Below, piece after piece: positions 19,369-28,900 of a stretch of 64,000 nt of DNA. The position numbers and the translations under genes are program-made. The stretch is from the IMG/VR virus record IMGVR_UViG_3300038441_002670; one strand, given 5' to 3'. Under the pieces are notes generated by a model. It searched no databases. It saw only the letters and a program-made list of their open reading frames with translations, and was not told the DNA's origin. Source of the stretch: an uncultured virus (IMG/VR IMGVR_UViG_3300038441_002670) (Duplodnaviria; Heunggongvirae; Uroviricota; Caudoviricetes). The stretch's first letter is position 1. Every line of letters starts with the position of its first letter.

Positions 19369-20793
19369 ATGCCACTCTGGATCGTGCGCCGCCTGCCTCG
19401 CCGCCGACTCCAGGTCCGGCGCGTGTTCACGGCGCCGGTCGTCGCTGGTCCCATTACTGCGACGCTGACGGTGACGCAGGGTGCTCAGACACTCAGTAGT
19501 ACGGGCACGTTGCCTCTGGTTGGGAGCGTGACGCTCACGCAGGCGTCCCAAACCCTTGCCAGTACCGCCAAGCTCGCCCTGCAAGGCACCGTGAGTGCCA
19601 CCCAATCTCCGCAGACCCTCGCCAGTACGAGCGCTCTGGCGCTCCGGGCGACCCTGGCGGTGACCCAGGCCGTACAGACGCTGGCCGCCACGGGGGCGGC
19701 ACCCCCCTTGACCGGGAGCGTGACGCGCACCCAGGATGCCCAGACGCTTGCCAGTACGAGCACGCTCGCGCTCCGCGCCACCCTGGACGTCACCCAGGGG
19801 GCGCAGACGCTGGCGGCTCTGGCGGGTGCGCTGCCAATCGCGGGGAGCCTGACGGCGACCCAGGCGGCACAGACGCTCGTGAGCACGGGGACGCTGGCGC
19901 TCCGGGCCACCCTCAGCGTGACGCAAGCTGCGCAGACCCTGAACAGTACCAGTGCCCTGGCGCTCCGGGCTACCCTGACGGTCACCCAGGGCACCCAGAC
20001 GCTCAGTAGTGCGGGGACGCTGGCACTCACAGGCACGCTCAGTGCCACCCAGGCTCCCCAGACGCTCAGCAGTACGAGCCGCCTCGCCCTGCAAGGCACA
20101 CTCAGTGCCACCCAGGCCGCGCAGGCCCTTACGAGTATCGGCACGCTTGCGGTGCGTGGCACGCTCAGCGTCCTTCAGGACCCGCAGACGCTCCAGGCCA
20201 TTAGCCAGGGCGCGGGCACCGGCGTCGTCATCGCCACCCAGGCGTCCCAGACCCTGACGAGTACCGCCACCCTGCCCCTGCGGGCAACGCTGAGTCTCAC
20301 GCAGGCGCCGCACACCCTGGAGGCCAGTGGGGCACGGATCATTCAGGGGACGCTCGCCCTCACCCAGCAGCCTCAGACGCTGGCGAGTGCCAGCAGCCTG
20401 GCAGTGCAGGCAAGTCTCAGCGCGGTCCAGGACGCGCAGACGCTCAGTAGCCTGGGCGTGCTCCCGATCCGTGCCACCGTGGAGGTCGCACAGCAGGACG
20501 AGACGCTCGACGCGCTGCTGCTGTCGGTCATCACCGGCGCGGTGGTCCTGGCACAGGAAGCCCAGACCCTCCTCGCCACCGGTGGCCAGGGGATTCAGGG
20601 TGCCGTTGAGGTCGTGCAGGCGTCCCAGACGCTGACCGCCAGCGGGACGCGGTTCCTCCGCTGGGCAATTGCGGGCACCTGGCGCCTGGAGGTTGGCGTC
20701 ACCGGCCACTGGGACACCACCCCAACGCTGCGTGGCGCCTGGGAGGTGGAGGAGGCCTTGGAGGGCGCGTGGGCCATTACGACAGGCGTATGA
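19369..20793 (+). CDS. fibrous protein with about 19 tandem 21-22-aa repeats
   Basis: Repeat unit L(R/Q/T)(A/G)TLxxTQxxQTLxSTxxLA. Confidence 0.8.
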   Translation: MPLWIVRRLPRRRLQVRRVFTAPVVAGPITATLTVTQGAQTLSSTGTLPLVGSVTLTQASQTLASTAKLALQGTVSATQSPQTLASTSALALRATLAVTQAVQTLAATGAAPPLTGSVTRTQDAQTLASTSTLALRATLDVTQGAQTLAALAGALPIAGSLTATQAAQTLVSTGTLALRATLSVTQAAQTLNSTSALALRATLTVTQGTQTLSSAGTLALTGTLSATQAPQTLSSTSRLALQGTLSATQAAQALTSIGTLAVRGTLSVLQDPQTLQAISQGAGTGVVIATQASQTLTSTATLPLRATLSLTQAPHTLEASGARIIQGTLALTQQPQTLASASSLAVQASLSAVQDAQTLSSLGVLPIRATVEVAQQDETLDALLLSVITGAVVLAQEAQTLLATGGQGIQGAVEVVQASQTLTASGTRFLRWAIAGTWRLEVGVTGHWDTTPTLRGAWEVEEALEGAWAITTGV

Positions 20794-20803
20794 GGAGAGT
20801 GCT

Positions 20804-21139
20804 ATGATTGCCTATGTGGACAATGACACGGTGGTGCATCTCACCGGCGCCGCTACCCTCAACGTGACCTCCGGTGAAGCCACGCCGCTGGATGCCGCCG
20901 CCATTGTGACGTTTCGTGTGCAGACGTTGGACTATGAAGACGTCGAGTGGCCTACGGGCACCTGGCCGGTGACCATGCAGTATGTGGCGGGCAGCGAGGG
21001 GCACTTTATTGGCCTCCTCTCCCGCGAGGTGGTGCTGGAGCCCGGCGTGCTGTACTGGTTCATTGGCACGGCGGATAATGGCCTGGATCAGGACGCGGCG
21101 TGGGAGTTACCCTTGCGGGCACAAACGCGCGATGAGTAG
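20804..21139 (+). CDS. hypothetical (BppU/Ig-like) virion protein
   Basis: GAGGAG RBS, beta-rich. Confidence 0.55.
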   Translation: MIAYVDNDTVVHLTGAATLNVTSGEATPLDAAAIVTFRVQTLDYEDVEWPTGTWPVTMQYVAGSEGHFIGLLSREVVLEPGVLYWFIGTADNGLDQDAAWELPLRAQTRDE

Positions 21140-21157
21140 CGCTAGAGGAGACGTGCT

Positions 21158-21520
21158 ATGGTGACGCTCGAAGTCACAGGCGTACCCGAGGTGCTTCAGC
21201 GCCTCACCGCCCTGGGGAACGCCCTGCCGCGTGAGCTGCTGCTGGCGGTCGATACCGAAGCCAATGCCATCTTGGAGGCGAGTCATCCCTTGGTGCCAGT
21301 AGATACGGGACAACTCGTATCGTCGGGTACGGTTCGTTCAGATGCTCAAGGGTCTGAGGTGCGCTACGGGAACTTTGGGGCGGTGCCCTATGCCGCGATC
21401 CAACACTTTAACACCGATTACAACCACCCCCAAGGAGGTCAGGCGTTCTATTTGGCCCAACCTTTTTTCGCCGCAACGGCAGGTATGCTCGAACGCCTCG
21501 CCGCTGCGCTCAGGAGTTAA
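21158..21520 (+). CDS. HK97 gp10-like tail completion protein
   Basis: VPVDTGQL..S, PYAAIQH, GQAFYL..P. Confidence 0.8.
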   Translation: MVTLEVTGVPEVLQRLTALGNALPRELLLAVDTEANAILEASHPLVPVDTGQLVSSGTVRSDAQGSEVRYGNFGAVPYAAIQHFNTDYNHPQGGQAFYLAQPFFAATAGMLERLAAALRS

Positions 21521-21523
21521 CCA

Positions 21524-21787
21524 ATGGCGTCCGCCCGGCAGCGTCTCGATGGCTATGGCCGACCGCTCCCCACGCTGGCGGATGCCCGTGAGCAGCGGCT
21601 CCGCCAGAGCCCCACGAATCAGCGTCAGCAGGCGTGGCTGTGGGCACTGCTCGAAGAACAGTATGACGCGCTCCTCTGTCGAGGCTCCTTTGCGGACGTG
21701 ACGCTGACGTTTCGCGTGCGGGATGGCAGCTTGTCGGGGGAAGTGGATGTGAGCGTGGTCCGTCATCATCGCCGGGAGGAGGACTGA
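21524..21787 (+). CDS. hypothetical protein
   Basis: AGGAG RBS, coupled to the next gene. Confidence 0.55.
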   Translation: MASARQRLDGYGRPLPTLADAREQRLRQSPTNQRQQAWLWALLEEQYDALLCRGSFADVTLTFRVRDGSLSGEVDVSVVRHHRREED

Positions 21788-22197
21788 TGTTACTCGATGA
21801 GTTGGGCACGTTCCTGCAAACAGCCGGGATTGGCACCATCGGCGTAACGCTGTTTAAGGGCACGATGCCGCTCGATACCCCGACCACGGTCGAGACGCCG
21901 CTTGTGGCGCTGCTCGAAGTCCCCGGCTTGCCGCCGATGCGCAGCCACGACACCCCGCCCGCGCGGGTCGAGCAGCCGGTCATTCAGGTCGTGAGTCGTG
22001 GGGCACCCTACGGCTATGCGGCGGCACGAGCCAAGGCGCAAGCGGCATGGGAGGTCCTCGATGGCGTCGCCAATCAGACGCTCAGTGGGACGGCGTACCT
22101 GATGATTCAGGCCCTGCAATCACCCTTTTTGCTGCGGATCGACGATATGCACCGGCCCACCATCACGTTCACGGTACGCTGTCAGCGGTCAGCATAG
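21787..22197 (+). CDS. tail terminator protein
   Basis: GIGTIGVTLFKG.MP, P.IQVVSRG..Y, QSPF.L..D...R. Confidence 0.78.
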   Translation: MLLDELGTFLQTAGIGTIGVTLFKGTMPLDTPTTVETPLVALLEVPGLPPMRSHDTPPARVEQPVIQVVSRGAPYGYAAARAKAQAAWEVLDGVANQTLSGTAYLMIQALQSPFLLRIDDMHRPTITFTVRCQRSA

Positions 22198-22344
22198 GCT
22201 TGTCTCCTGATGCGTCGCCTGTTATAGTCTGCCCAGCAATGGCCTTTGCCAGGCCATTGTTCCATACTCGCCGAAAGCCCAGGGAGCTGCGACCTCTGGG
22301 CTTTTTCTGCGCTTGTGTCCTCATGCGCAGCCTGCTATAGTCTG
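22198..22344 (+). promoter_or_regulatory. duplicated sigma70 promoter flanking a small structured RNA and terminator
   Basis: 34-nt direct repeats at 22198-22231 and 22311-22344, each TTGT(C/G)T-N17-TATAGT with extended -10 TG; hairpin and U-tract terminator between them. Confidence 0.7.
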
Positions 22345-22452
22345 GTCACAATTTTTCGTATCCCGGTAGTCGCCAACCACCCTCGCGGGCAGGCACAGCA
22401 CCCCGGATGTCTTTCCTGAACCCCACGCCTGTGGGTCGATGGAGGTCATCTC

Positions 22453-22713
22453 ATGGCTGCGCTACCTCAATCCTTCTACACCACCGAAGCCTGGCACGGA
22501 CTCCCCAAATACGTCTGCCCCGCGTGCGGCTACGATACCCTACGTATCGAACAGATCACCCATCATCAGCAGCACTGCGCCGCCTTCCGGGCGATGCAGG
22601 CCACCCAGGGCGACCCTGAGCCGCCGTCACCCCCTGCGCCTGACGAGGAGCCTGAGCCTGTCCCCGTGCCCGATGAGCCCGAGGACGAGCCGGACGCTGA
22701 GCGGGAGGCGTAG
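22453..22713 (+). CDS. small protein with Zn-finger-like motif and acidic Pro-rich tail
   Basis: GGAGG RBS; YVCPAC...HH..HC; EPEP repeats. Confidence 0.6.
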   Translation: MAALPQSFYTTEAWHGLPKYVCPACGYDTLRIEQITHHQQHCAAFRAMQATQGDPEPPSPPAPDEEPEPVPVPDEPEDEPDAEREA

Positions 22714-22715
22714 CC

Positions 22716-23372
22716 ATGCCCACCCAGGCCCGCTCCGCCCACGGCATGGCCCTGCGCCTCGGCGATGGTGTGCCCCCGGCTACCATCACGATCACGGGTG
22801 CCACCAATGCCACCCCCATTATTGTGCTGACCTCCACCGCCCATGGCATTGTCGATGTGAGTTACGGCACCGTCAGTGGCGTCGGCGGCAATCTCGGCGC
22901 CAATGGCTCCTGGATTGTGCGCCGGGTCGATGCGACGCACCTGGAACTGTGCGGCTCCGCAGGCACTGGGGCCTATACCAGCGGCGGCACGCTCGTCCGT
23001 ACCAGCGCCTATGCCACGGTCGCCGAAGTGCGCAACCTCAATGACGCGGGCTTTGCCATCGAGTTGGTGGACGTGAGTGCCCACGACGGCGCGGGCTGGT
23101 CGGTGTCGATCCCCATTCTCAAGCGCGGCAAAGCGCTCCGTGTCGATCTCAACATGGTCCCCGCTGATCCCACACACGATAACGTCACCGGAGCGCTGGC
23201 CCTCGCGCTCGCCACCACCAAGCGCCCCTGGATGCTCGTCTACCCCACCGTGCCCCGCGCCGCAGCGTATTGGGAAGGCTGGGTGAGCGACCACGGCACG
23301 AATTTCCCCATTGGTCCGTTGCAAGGCTCCATCGTCATTGCCATCGACGGGCAGATGCGCTGGGCACCCTAG
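22716..23372 (+). CDS. tail tube protein paralog 1 with inserted FCCH-like beta domain
   Basis: MPTQARSAHG, AEVRN, VDVSAHD shared with paralog 2; about 75-aa insertion ITGATNATP...GAYTSGG. Confidence 0.75.
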   Translation: MPTQARSAHGMALRLGDGVPPATITITGATNATPIIVLTSTAHGIVDVSYGTVSGVGGNLGANGSWIVRRVDATHLELCGSAGTGAYTSGGTLVRTSAYATVAEVRNLNDAGFAIELVDVSAHDGAGWSVSIPILKRGKALRVDLNMVPADPTHDNVTGALALALATTKRPWMLVYPTVPRAAAYWEGWVSDHGTNFPIGPLQGSIVIAIDGQMRWAP

Positions 23373-23391
23373 CCCTAGAAAGTAGGTTGTT

Positions 23392-23799
23392 ATGCCAACC
23401 CAGGCGAAATCCGCACATGGGGTTATTGTGAAGGTAGGGGCTGATGTCATTGTCGAGTTACGTAATGCGTCGGATGTGGGGTTTGCCACGGCGTTAGTGG
23501 ACGTGAGCGCGCATGATGGGGCTGGATGGGGGGTACAAATTCCCACCCTCAAGCGTGGCAAACAGATTCCCCTGGAGTTTAACTGGGTGCCCACGAACGC
23601 CGGGCATGCGGCCTTGCTGGCGGCGGCGCTGGCTGGAACGAGTGTACCCATTACCATCACCTACAACCTGGCGGGCGCCCCGGAGTGGACGTTTAATGCC
23701 TTCGTGGGCGACTGGGGCAATTCCACGCTGCCGGTAGATAACGCGCTCATGGCACGGGCCGTGCTGAGCCCCGATGAGGCGATGACCTTTACGCTCTAG
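23392..23799 (+). CDS. tail tube protein paralog 2
   Basis: VDVSAHDGAGW, PTLKRG, FNWVP, WTFNAFV (lambda gpV/TP901-like pattern). Confidence 0.8.
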   Translation: MPTQAKSAHGVIVKVGADVIVELRNASDVGFATALVDVSAHDGAGWGVQIPTLKRGKQIPLEFNWVPTNAGHAALLAAALAGTSVPITITYNLAGAPEWTFNAFVGDWGNSTLPVDNALMARAVLSPDEAMTFTL

Positions 23800-23809
23800 G
23801 AGGTGCTAT

Positions 23810-24259
23810 ATGGCCAGCCCGTCCCTGATTGCCCCCGTCGAGGTGGTCCTGGATCGTCCCCGCGTGCTGCGCTTTACGCGCGGGGCGGTGCGACAAGTCG
23901 AGTTGGATCTCACCCGACTGTGGGGCCGTGACTATACGTTTTATGAAGCCATCCGGCGCCTGAGTGAAATGCTGCTCGATAATGACCTGAGCAAGCTCAG
24001 TTATCTCAACATTGCCACGCTGCTCTGGCGCGGCTGTCAGCACGAGGACCCGGGCGTGACGCTGGAGCAGATTGAAGAGGGCTTGCCCTATGCCGACCCG
24101 TCGGGGCTGATCCCCTATGTGGGGCTGATTCTCCAGGCGTGGAACAACGCCACACCCACGGCCCCGGCTTCAGGAGTATCGGAGGCGGCAGAGCGGGACC
24201 CTTTGGACGGATCGACTGGGGCCGCCTCTGGAGCGTTGAGCGCACCTGCCTTGGCCTGA
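23810..24259 (+). CDS. tail assembly chaperone G
   Basis: VLDRPRVLRF; lies between tail tube and tape measure. Confidence 0.8.
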   Translation: MASPSLIAPVEVVLDRPRVLRFTRGAVRQVELDLTRLWGRDYTFYEAIRRLSEMLLDNDLSKLSYLNIATLLWRGCQHEDPGVTLEQIEEGLPYADPSGLIPYVGLILQAWNNATPTAPASGVSEAAERDPLDGSTGAASGALSAPALA

Positions 24260-24600
24260 GTGACGCGGAGTTCTGGGGCCTGACGTTTCTGGAAGGGCAC
24301 TGGCTGATGGAGCAGTACCGACGGCGCGTCGAGCGGGAGCAACGCCCGCTGGCCCTGCTGCTGTGGCACTTTGTCAACGTGCACCGCAACCCGGTGCAGC
24401 AGCGCGAGCCGTTTGCATGGGACGAGGTCCGGGGCTGGCTCGGCTATGCGCCCCTGCCAGACCCTCCCGTTGCGGAGACGCCAGCGCCCGCAGACCCCGT
24501 CGAGCGCATGAGCGCGTTTGTGGCGTATTGGAACCAGATCCCCGATGGCCCCCGCCCGGCAGGCATGCCGCCACCGGATGTGCGGAATGGTACTGGCTAG
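24199..24600 (+). CDS. tail assembly chaperone GT extension (-1 frameshift)
   Basis: Slippery C-CCT-TTG at 24199-24205 into a -1 frame encoding LGLSDAEFWGLT. Confidence 0.75.
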   Translation, partial: PFGRIDWGRLWSVERTCLGLSDAEFWGLTFLEGHWLMEQYRRRVEREQRPLALLLWHFVNVHRNPVQQREPFAWDEVRGWLGYAPLPDPPVAETPAPADPVERMSAFVAYWNQIPDGPRPAGMPPPDVRNGTG

Positions 24601-24612
24601 AAAGGTATAGTC

Positions 24613-27600
24613 TTGGCAGAGATAGTCTTAGGCGATGTAGTAGCAAAGCTACGTGTAGATAACACGCAGTTTACGCAGGCCATGGCCGATGCCGCCCAGC
24701 GCCTCGCCGCCCTGAACCAGGCCCTCGCCCAGACGCGTACGCAGAGTGCCACAACCCAGCAATCGACGCAGCAAGTCGCGCAAGCCTTCCAAGCCCTCAA
24801 CCAGTCGATTCAGCAACAGACGCAAGCCTACACGCAGGCCCAAGGTGCCACCCAGCAATACCGCCAGGCGCAACTGCAACTGCTGGAGGCCATTCGCCAA
24901 CAGCGCCAGGAACAGCAACAAGCCACGCAGGCGACCCAGGCGCAGGGTTCGGCGTTACGCACCGCGTTCTCCATCGCCGGGGGCATTGGCCTGGCGACCA
25001 GCCTCGGGGCCATTGTTGGCCAGATGAAAGAGCTGGCGGTCAGTACCATCCAGGTCGGGGCGCAGTTCCAGCAACTCCGCACGAGCCTTGCGGCGGTGGC
25101 AGGCGGGGCGCAACAGGGCGGACAGTCCTTTCAGTTTCTCATTGAGACCGCCAATCGCTACGGCTTTAGCCTGCAAAGTGTCGCCGGGAGTTACCGGGGA
25201 CTGGCGGCGGCGACGCGGGGCACCAATCTCGAAGGCGAACAGACCCGGCGCATCTTTGAATCAGTGACGGCGGCGGGACGCACGGTCGGGGCCACGTCGC
25301 AGGAGATGGGCCGCATCCTCACTGCCCTCCAGCAGATGGTGTCCAAAGGCGTCGTCTCGATGGAGGAGTTACGCCAGCAGTTAGGCGAGGGCCTCCCGGG
25401 TGCGTTCCAGATTGCCGCCAGAGCCATGGGGGTCACGACCGAACGCTTTAGTCAGATGGTGGCGTCGGGCCAGGTCCTCACCACCGACTTCCTGCCCAAG
25501 TTTGCCCGGCAGTTGCGCGAGGAACTCGGCCAGGGCGCTCAACAGGGGGCTGCGACAGCACAAGCCGCGTTTGCCCGGCTGGAGAATGAGTGGAATCTGC
25601 TGAAAGAGCGGATCGCACGGGGCGGGCCGCTGCGGTTTCTGACGCAAGTCGTGAGTTCCCTGTCCGGCGACCTCGAAGCTGCGCGCCTGGCGGCTGAAGC
25701 GGCCCAAGCCCGGGTCGGTCGGCAGGCGGAGCAAGCCCGCTTCCCGCTCACGCCAGGGGGCCGCCAGCGCCCGGGCACCGTCACCGGGGCGACCGAGGAG
25801 GAACTGGCCCGGCTCCAGGCCATCAATGCAGAATACGATACCCTGCAAAAGCGCATTGCCGAGAATCGCGCGGCGCCCATGCAGGGCATCCCAGGACTGC
25901 AACAGGTCCAAGAAGCCCTGCGACAGCGGCTGGAACAACAGGCCACCGCGTTAGAGCGTGAACAACGGGCCTTGCAGCAGACGATTGCCGCCCGGCGCTT
26001 TGGCCAGCAAGGTGTCGGTGCCCGCACCTCCGGGGTGGCCGAGGACCCCACCGAGCAAGAACGCGAGCGTCTCAAGGGCATCGAGGAAGGTCGCAAGCGC
26101 GTCAATGACCGGCTGGATGAGACCAAGCAGAAGCTCAAAGAGGTCAATGACCTCAATCGGATCGCCCCGGAGCGCTTGGGCGATACTCAGAACAAGGCCG
26201 ACCAGCAAGTCGCCATCCTGAATAGTCGCCTCAAAGAACAACAAGAGGGCCTCAAGAAGGCGGCAGAAGAGGCGTTGAAGCTCGGTACGGCCATTGACGA
26301 GACGACGCAGAAGAATCTGGACAAGGCCCGCAGTGATGTGCGCGCCACCGAAGGCCAGATCAAAGCGATTCAAGATCAGGAAACCGCGAGGGAGAAGGCC
26401 GAGCGCAAAGCCGCCCAAGATGCCGCGGCGGCGGAGCGACGCGCGGCCCAGCAGGTCGAGCAGGCCAAACAGCAAGTCCTCACGCTGGATGCCTTCCAGG
26501 AACGGCTGGGCGCCTTCATGCGACGGCCCGAGGAAGGGCGGGCGGAGGAGGCTGCCAGTCGTATTCGCGTGCAGGGCGCGGCGATCCAGCGCGAGTTGGA
26601 AACCCAAATCCTGGCTCTGGAAAAGTCACCCGCTTTCCAGGCCGGTCGTCCCGGCGCGCTCGATGCGTTGCGCAGCCAGCGGGAGGCGCTCACCCAGAGT
26701 ATTAACGTCCAAGCGGAGGAAGCCTACACGGCGGCGCTGACCAAGCAGATGGGCACGCTCGATGAGTTAGCGCGGAAGTATGGCTTTGTCACGCAAGAAG
26801 CGAATGATCTCGCCCGGGCCGAGAAAGAAGCCGAGCAGTTTCAAGGCACGCCCTTGCAGGAGCAGGCGAAGGAACGTCTGCAAGTCGTTCGCGACGTGGC
26901 GACGGTCGAAGCGCAGATTGTGGATCTGAAGCGGCAGGCGGCGGCCAGTGAACGGGCTGGTCTGGAGGCCATGAAAGAGGCCCGAGCGAGTACGGCCTTT
27001 GACGCGACCCTCACGGAGCAACTCGAACGCTTGCGCGCCCCCCGCGAGGAACGTACGGAACTCCGTCTTCGTGCGCAGGCGCGGAAGCAGAGTCTCGACC
27101 TCACGCCGGACCAGGATGCCCAACTCCGCGCCATTACCGAGCAGGAGCGCCTCAATGAGGCCCTGGAGCTGACCCGACGCCTGGGTGAGGGCGTCAGTCA
27201 GTCCCTCGCAGATGGGCTCCTCAGCATTGCGGACGGCACCAAAAACGTCAGCGAGGCGTTTGAGCAGATGGCCAAAAACATCATCGAGAATCTTGCCAAA
27301 ATCGCCATTAGTGAAGGCTTCCAGGCCCTCCTCAAGATTGGTCTGAAGGCGCTCGGCGGCGCGCTCAGCGGCGGGTCAGGCTTTTCCGATGCGGGGGCGA
27401 GCGCAGGCGGCGGGGCGGCGGGCTTTGAGATTCTCATGGCGCAATCAGGCGCGGTTGTGAATCGGCCCACGCTGATGATGGTGGGAGAAGGCGCCTACAA
27501 CCCAGAGGTGATCCTGAATAGGCCACAGCTCAACTCGCTCGTCCAATCCGCGATGCAAGCTGGCCCGAGCGCGGGCGGTCAAGCCGCTGGAGGGGCGCAC

Positions 27601-27759
27601 GTCACAGTGATTAATGTCGCGGACCGTGCCGAGGGGGAGCGCCGTGCCGCTCAGGAAAGGAGCCTCGGCAGGCAGGTCGTAATAAACTATGTCATGGATG
27701 AACTCGCCCAGGGATCAGGATCACGCATCGGTCAGGTTCTGCGCAATGGGCAAAGGTAA
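24613..27759 (+). CDS. tape measure protein
   Basis: 1048 aa, Ala/Gln-rich helical; ALQQMVSKGVVSMEELRQQLGE tape-measure domain; GE..PE C-terminal motif. Confidence 0.93.
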   Translation: MAEIVLGDVVAKLRVDNTQFTQAMADAAQRLAALNQALAQTRTQSATTQQSTQQVAQAFQALNQSIQQQTQAYTQAQGATQQYRQAQLQLLEAIRQQRQEQQQATQATQAQGSALRTAFSIAGGIGLATSLGAIVGQMKELAVSTIQVGAQFQQLRTSLAAVAGGAQQGGQSFQFLIETANRYGFSLQSVAGSYRGLAAATRGTNLEGEQTRRIFESVTAAGRTVGATSQEMGRILTALQQMVSKGVVSMEELRQQLGEGLPGAFQIAARAMGVTTERFSQMVASGQVLTTDFLPKFARQLREELGQGAQQGAATAQAAFARLENEWNLLKERIARGGPLRFLTQVVSSLSGDLEAARLAAEAAQARVGRQAEQARFPLTPGGRQRPGTVTGATEEELARLQAINAEYDTLQKRIAENRAAPMQGIPGLQQVQEALRQRLEQQATALEREQRALQQTIAARRFGQQGVGARTSGVAEDPTEQERERLKGIEEGRKRVNDRLDETKQKLKEVNDLNRIAPERLGDTQNKADQQVAILNSRLKEQQEGLKKAAEEALKLGTAIDETTQKNLDKARSDVRATEGQIKAIQDQETAREKAERKAAQDAAAAERRAAQQVEQAKQQVLTLDAFQERLGAFMRRPEEGRAEEAASRIRVQGAAIQRELETQILALEKSPAFQAGRPGALDALRSQREALTQSINVQAEEAYTAALTKQMGTLDELARKYGFVTQEANDLARAEKEAEQFQGTPLQEQAKERLQVVRDVATVEAQIVDLKRQAAASERAGLEAMKEARASTAFDATLTEQLERLRAPREERTELRLRAQARKQSLDLTPDQDAQLRAITEQERLNEALELTRRLGEGVSQSLADGLLSIADGTKNVSEAFEQMAKNIIENLAKIAISEGFQALLKIGLKALGGALSGGSGFSDAGASAGGGAAGFEILMAQSGAVVNRPTLMMVGEGAYNPEVILNRPQLNSLVQSAMQAGPSAGGQAAGGAHVTVINVADRAEGERRAAQERSLGRQVVINYVMDELAQGSGSRIGQVLRNGQR

Positions 27760-28758
27760 CGAGCGAGAAATATGGAGCCATGTACGGTAATGCAAGACAT
27801 CGGATATAGCCCCCATACTTACCTGCAAGGTGTGGGCAATGGTTTCGAGGGTCTGTCCCTGCCGTCGCCATTCAAAAATCTGGGCAATGTTGTCCTTGCG
27901 CAGCTTGGCAAATGGACTTGTTTCTCCGCGCCGTCTCTTCGTCCATCTTTTACGCGCAACAGCCTCACCCATATTGGCGCGGGGGGTTGCACTATGAACG
28001 TGGACGGGATTGCAGCACGGCGGGAAATCGCACCAATGAGCGGCTTGATGTTTCGGTGGCATCGGGCGTTGATGGAAGGTTTCCCACAGCATACGTGTAG
28101 CATAGCGCAGTTTCGCCCCTGTGGCTTCTCTTGCGACAATGGTTCCGTAGCCATTGCGATCCCTGGCTCCTTGCCACGGAAAGCAGCAGTAAATACAGTC
28201 CTTCCCGTGCACGCAAACCTCAATGTTGTTCCACAACCGTTGTTCCAGCGACAAGCACGAGCATTCATAGGAACAATATTTCCGCTTTCGCTCTTTATAC
28301 AGCACAGTAAACGGCTTACCACAGAAGATATTTTGACAGGTCTTTTTCAGACGCTTCTCAAGCTGTCCTGCGTCTCGACAACTTGGCGAACAATAGCGCC
28401 GTGCCGTTTGATGTTTTCGCTGCGATCTCAACCCTCTGAGCATGACCGTGCAGGCAGGATTTTGGCAGGGCCATTCTTCCCACCGGCTCGCGTTCTCCAC
28501 AGCTTTGGCAGCAAGGTAGCACGCGCGGGAGCAATATTTGATGCCCTTGGTCATTTCCCCTTGGGTGGCGGTAAAGACTCTTCCACACGCAGGGTTTTCA
28601 CACATGCGTTGGACGTGCGTCTGCATGCCCTGAAGCGTCTTTACGGCATAGTGACAGGCTTGCGAGCAGTATTTGCCACCACCTGCTTTAAGCTGGGATG
28701 GGGGAACAGTAAAAAAACAACTACACGTAGGATTCTGGCAGATACAACGTACTGGCAT
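27721..28758 (-). CDS. HNH endonuclease with four N-terminal Cys-rich repeats
   Basis: Four C.N..C...YCS..C repeats; WQGARDRNGYG, AHWCDFPPCCNPVH, C-terminal HTH. Confidence 0.88.
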   Translation of the reverse strand: MPVRCICQNPTCSCFFTVPPSQLKAGGGKYCSQACHYAVKTLQGMQTHVQRMCENPACGRVFTATQGEMTKGIKYCSRACYLAAKAVENASRWEEWPCQNPACTVMLRGLRSQRKHQTARRYCSPSCRDAGQLEKRLKKTCQNIFCGKPFTVLYKERKRKYCSYECSCLSLEQRLWNNIEVCVHGKDCIYCCFPWQGARDRNGYGTIVAREATGAKLRYATRMLWETFHQRPMPPKHQAAHWCDFPPCCNPVHVHSATPRANMGEAVARKRWTKRRRGETSPFAKLRKDNIAQIFEWRRQGQTLETIAHTLQVSMGAISDVLHYRTWLHISRSLPLPIAQNLTDA

Positions 28759-28900
28759 GAAACTCAACCTCCACTTGTTGAGAAGCGCTCCACATATAGG
28801 GCGCGGCCCAGTGTGGAAGCTGGTTTTTCAGGCGGTCATGACTCCGCCCTAGCCGCAACACAGAGTATAACATATAGATGATGAGCTTTGTATAGTTCAA

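Noticed and set aside
19440..20650. Periodic ~63-bp DNA repeats as a possible CRISPR array
   Set aside because: Degenerate codon-level repeats of a protein motif; no invariant repeat with unique spacers and no cas genes
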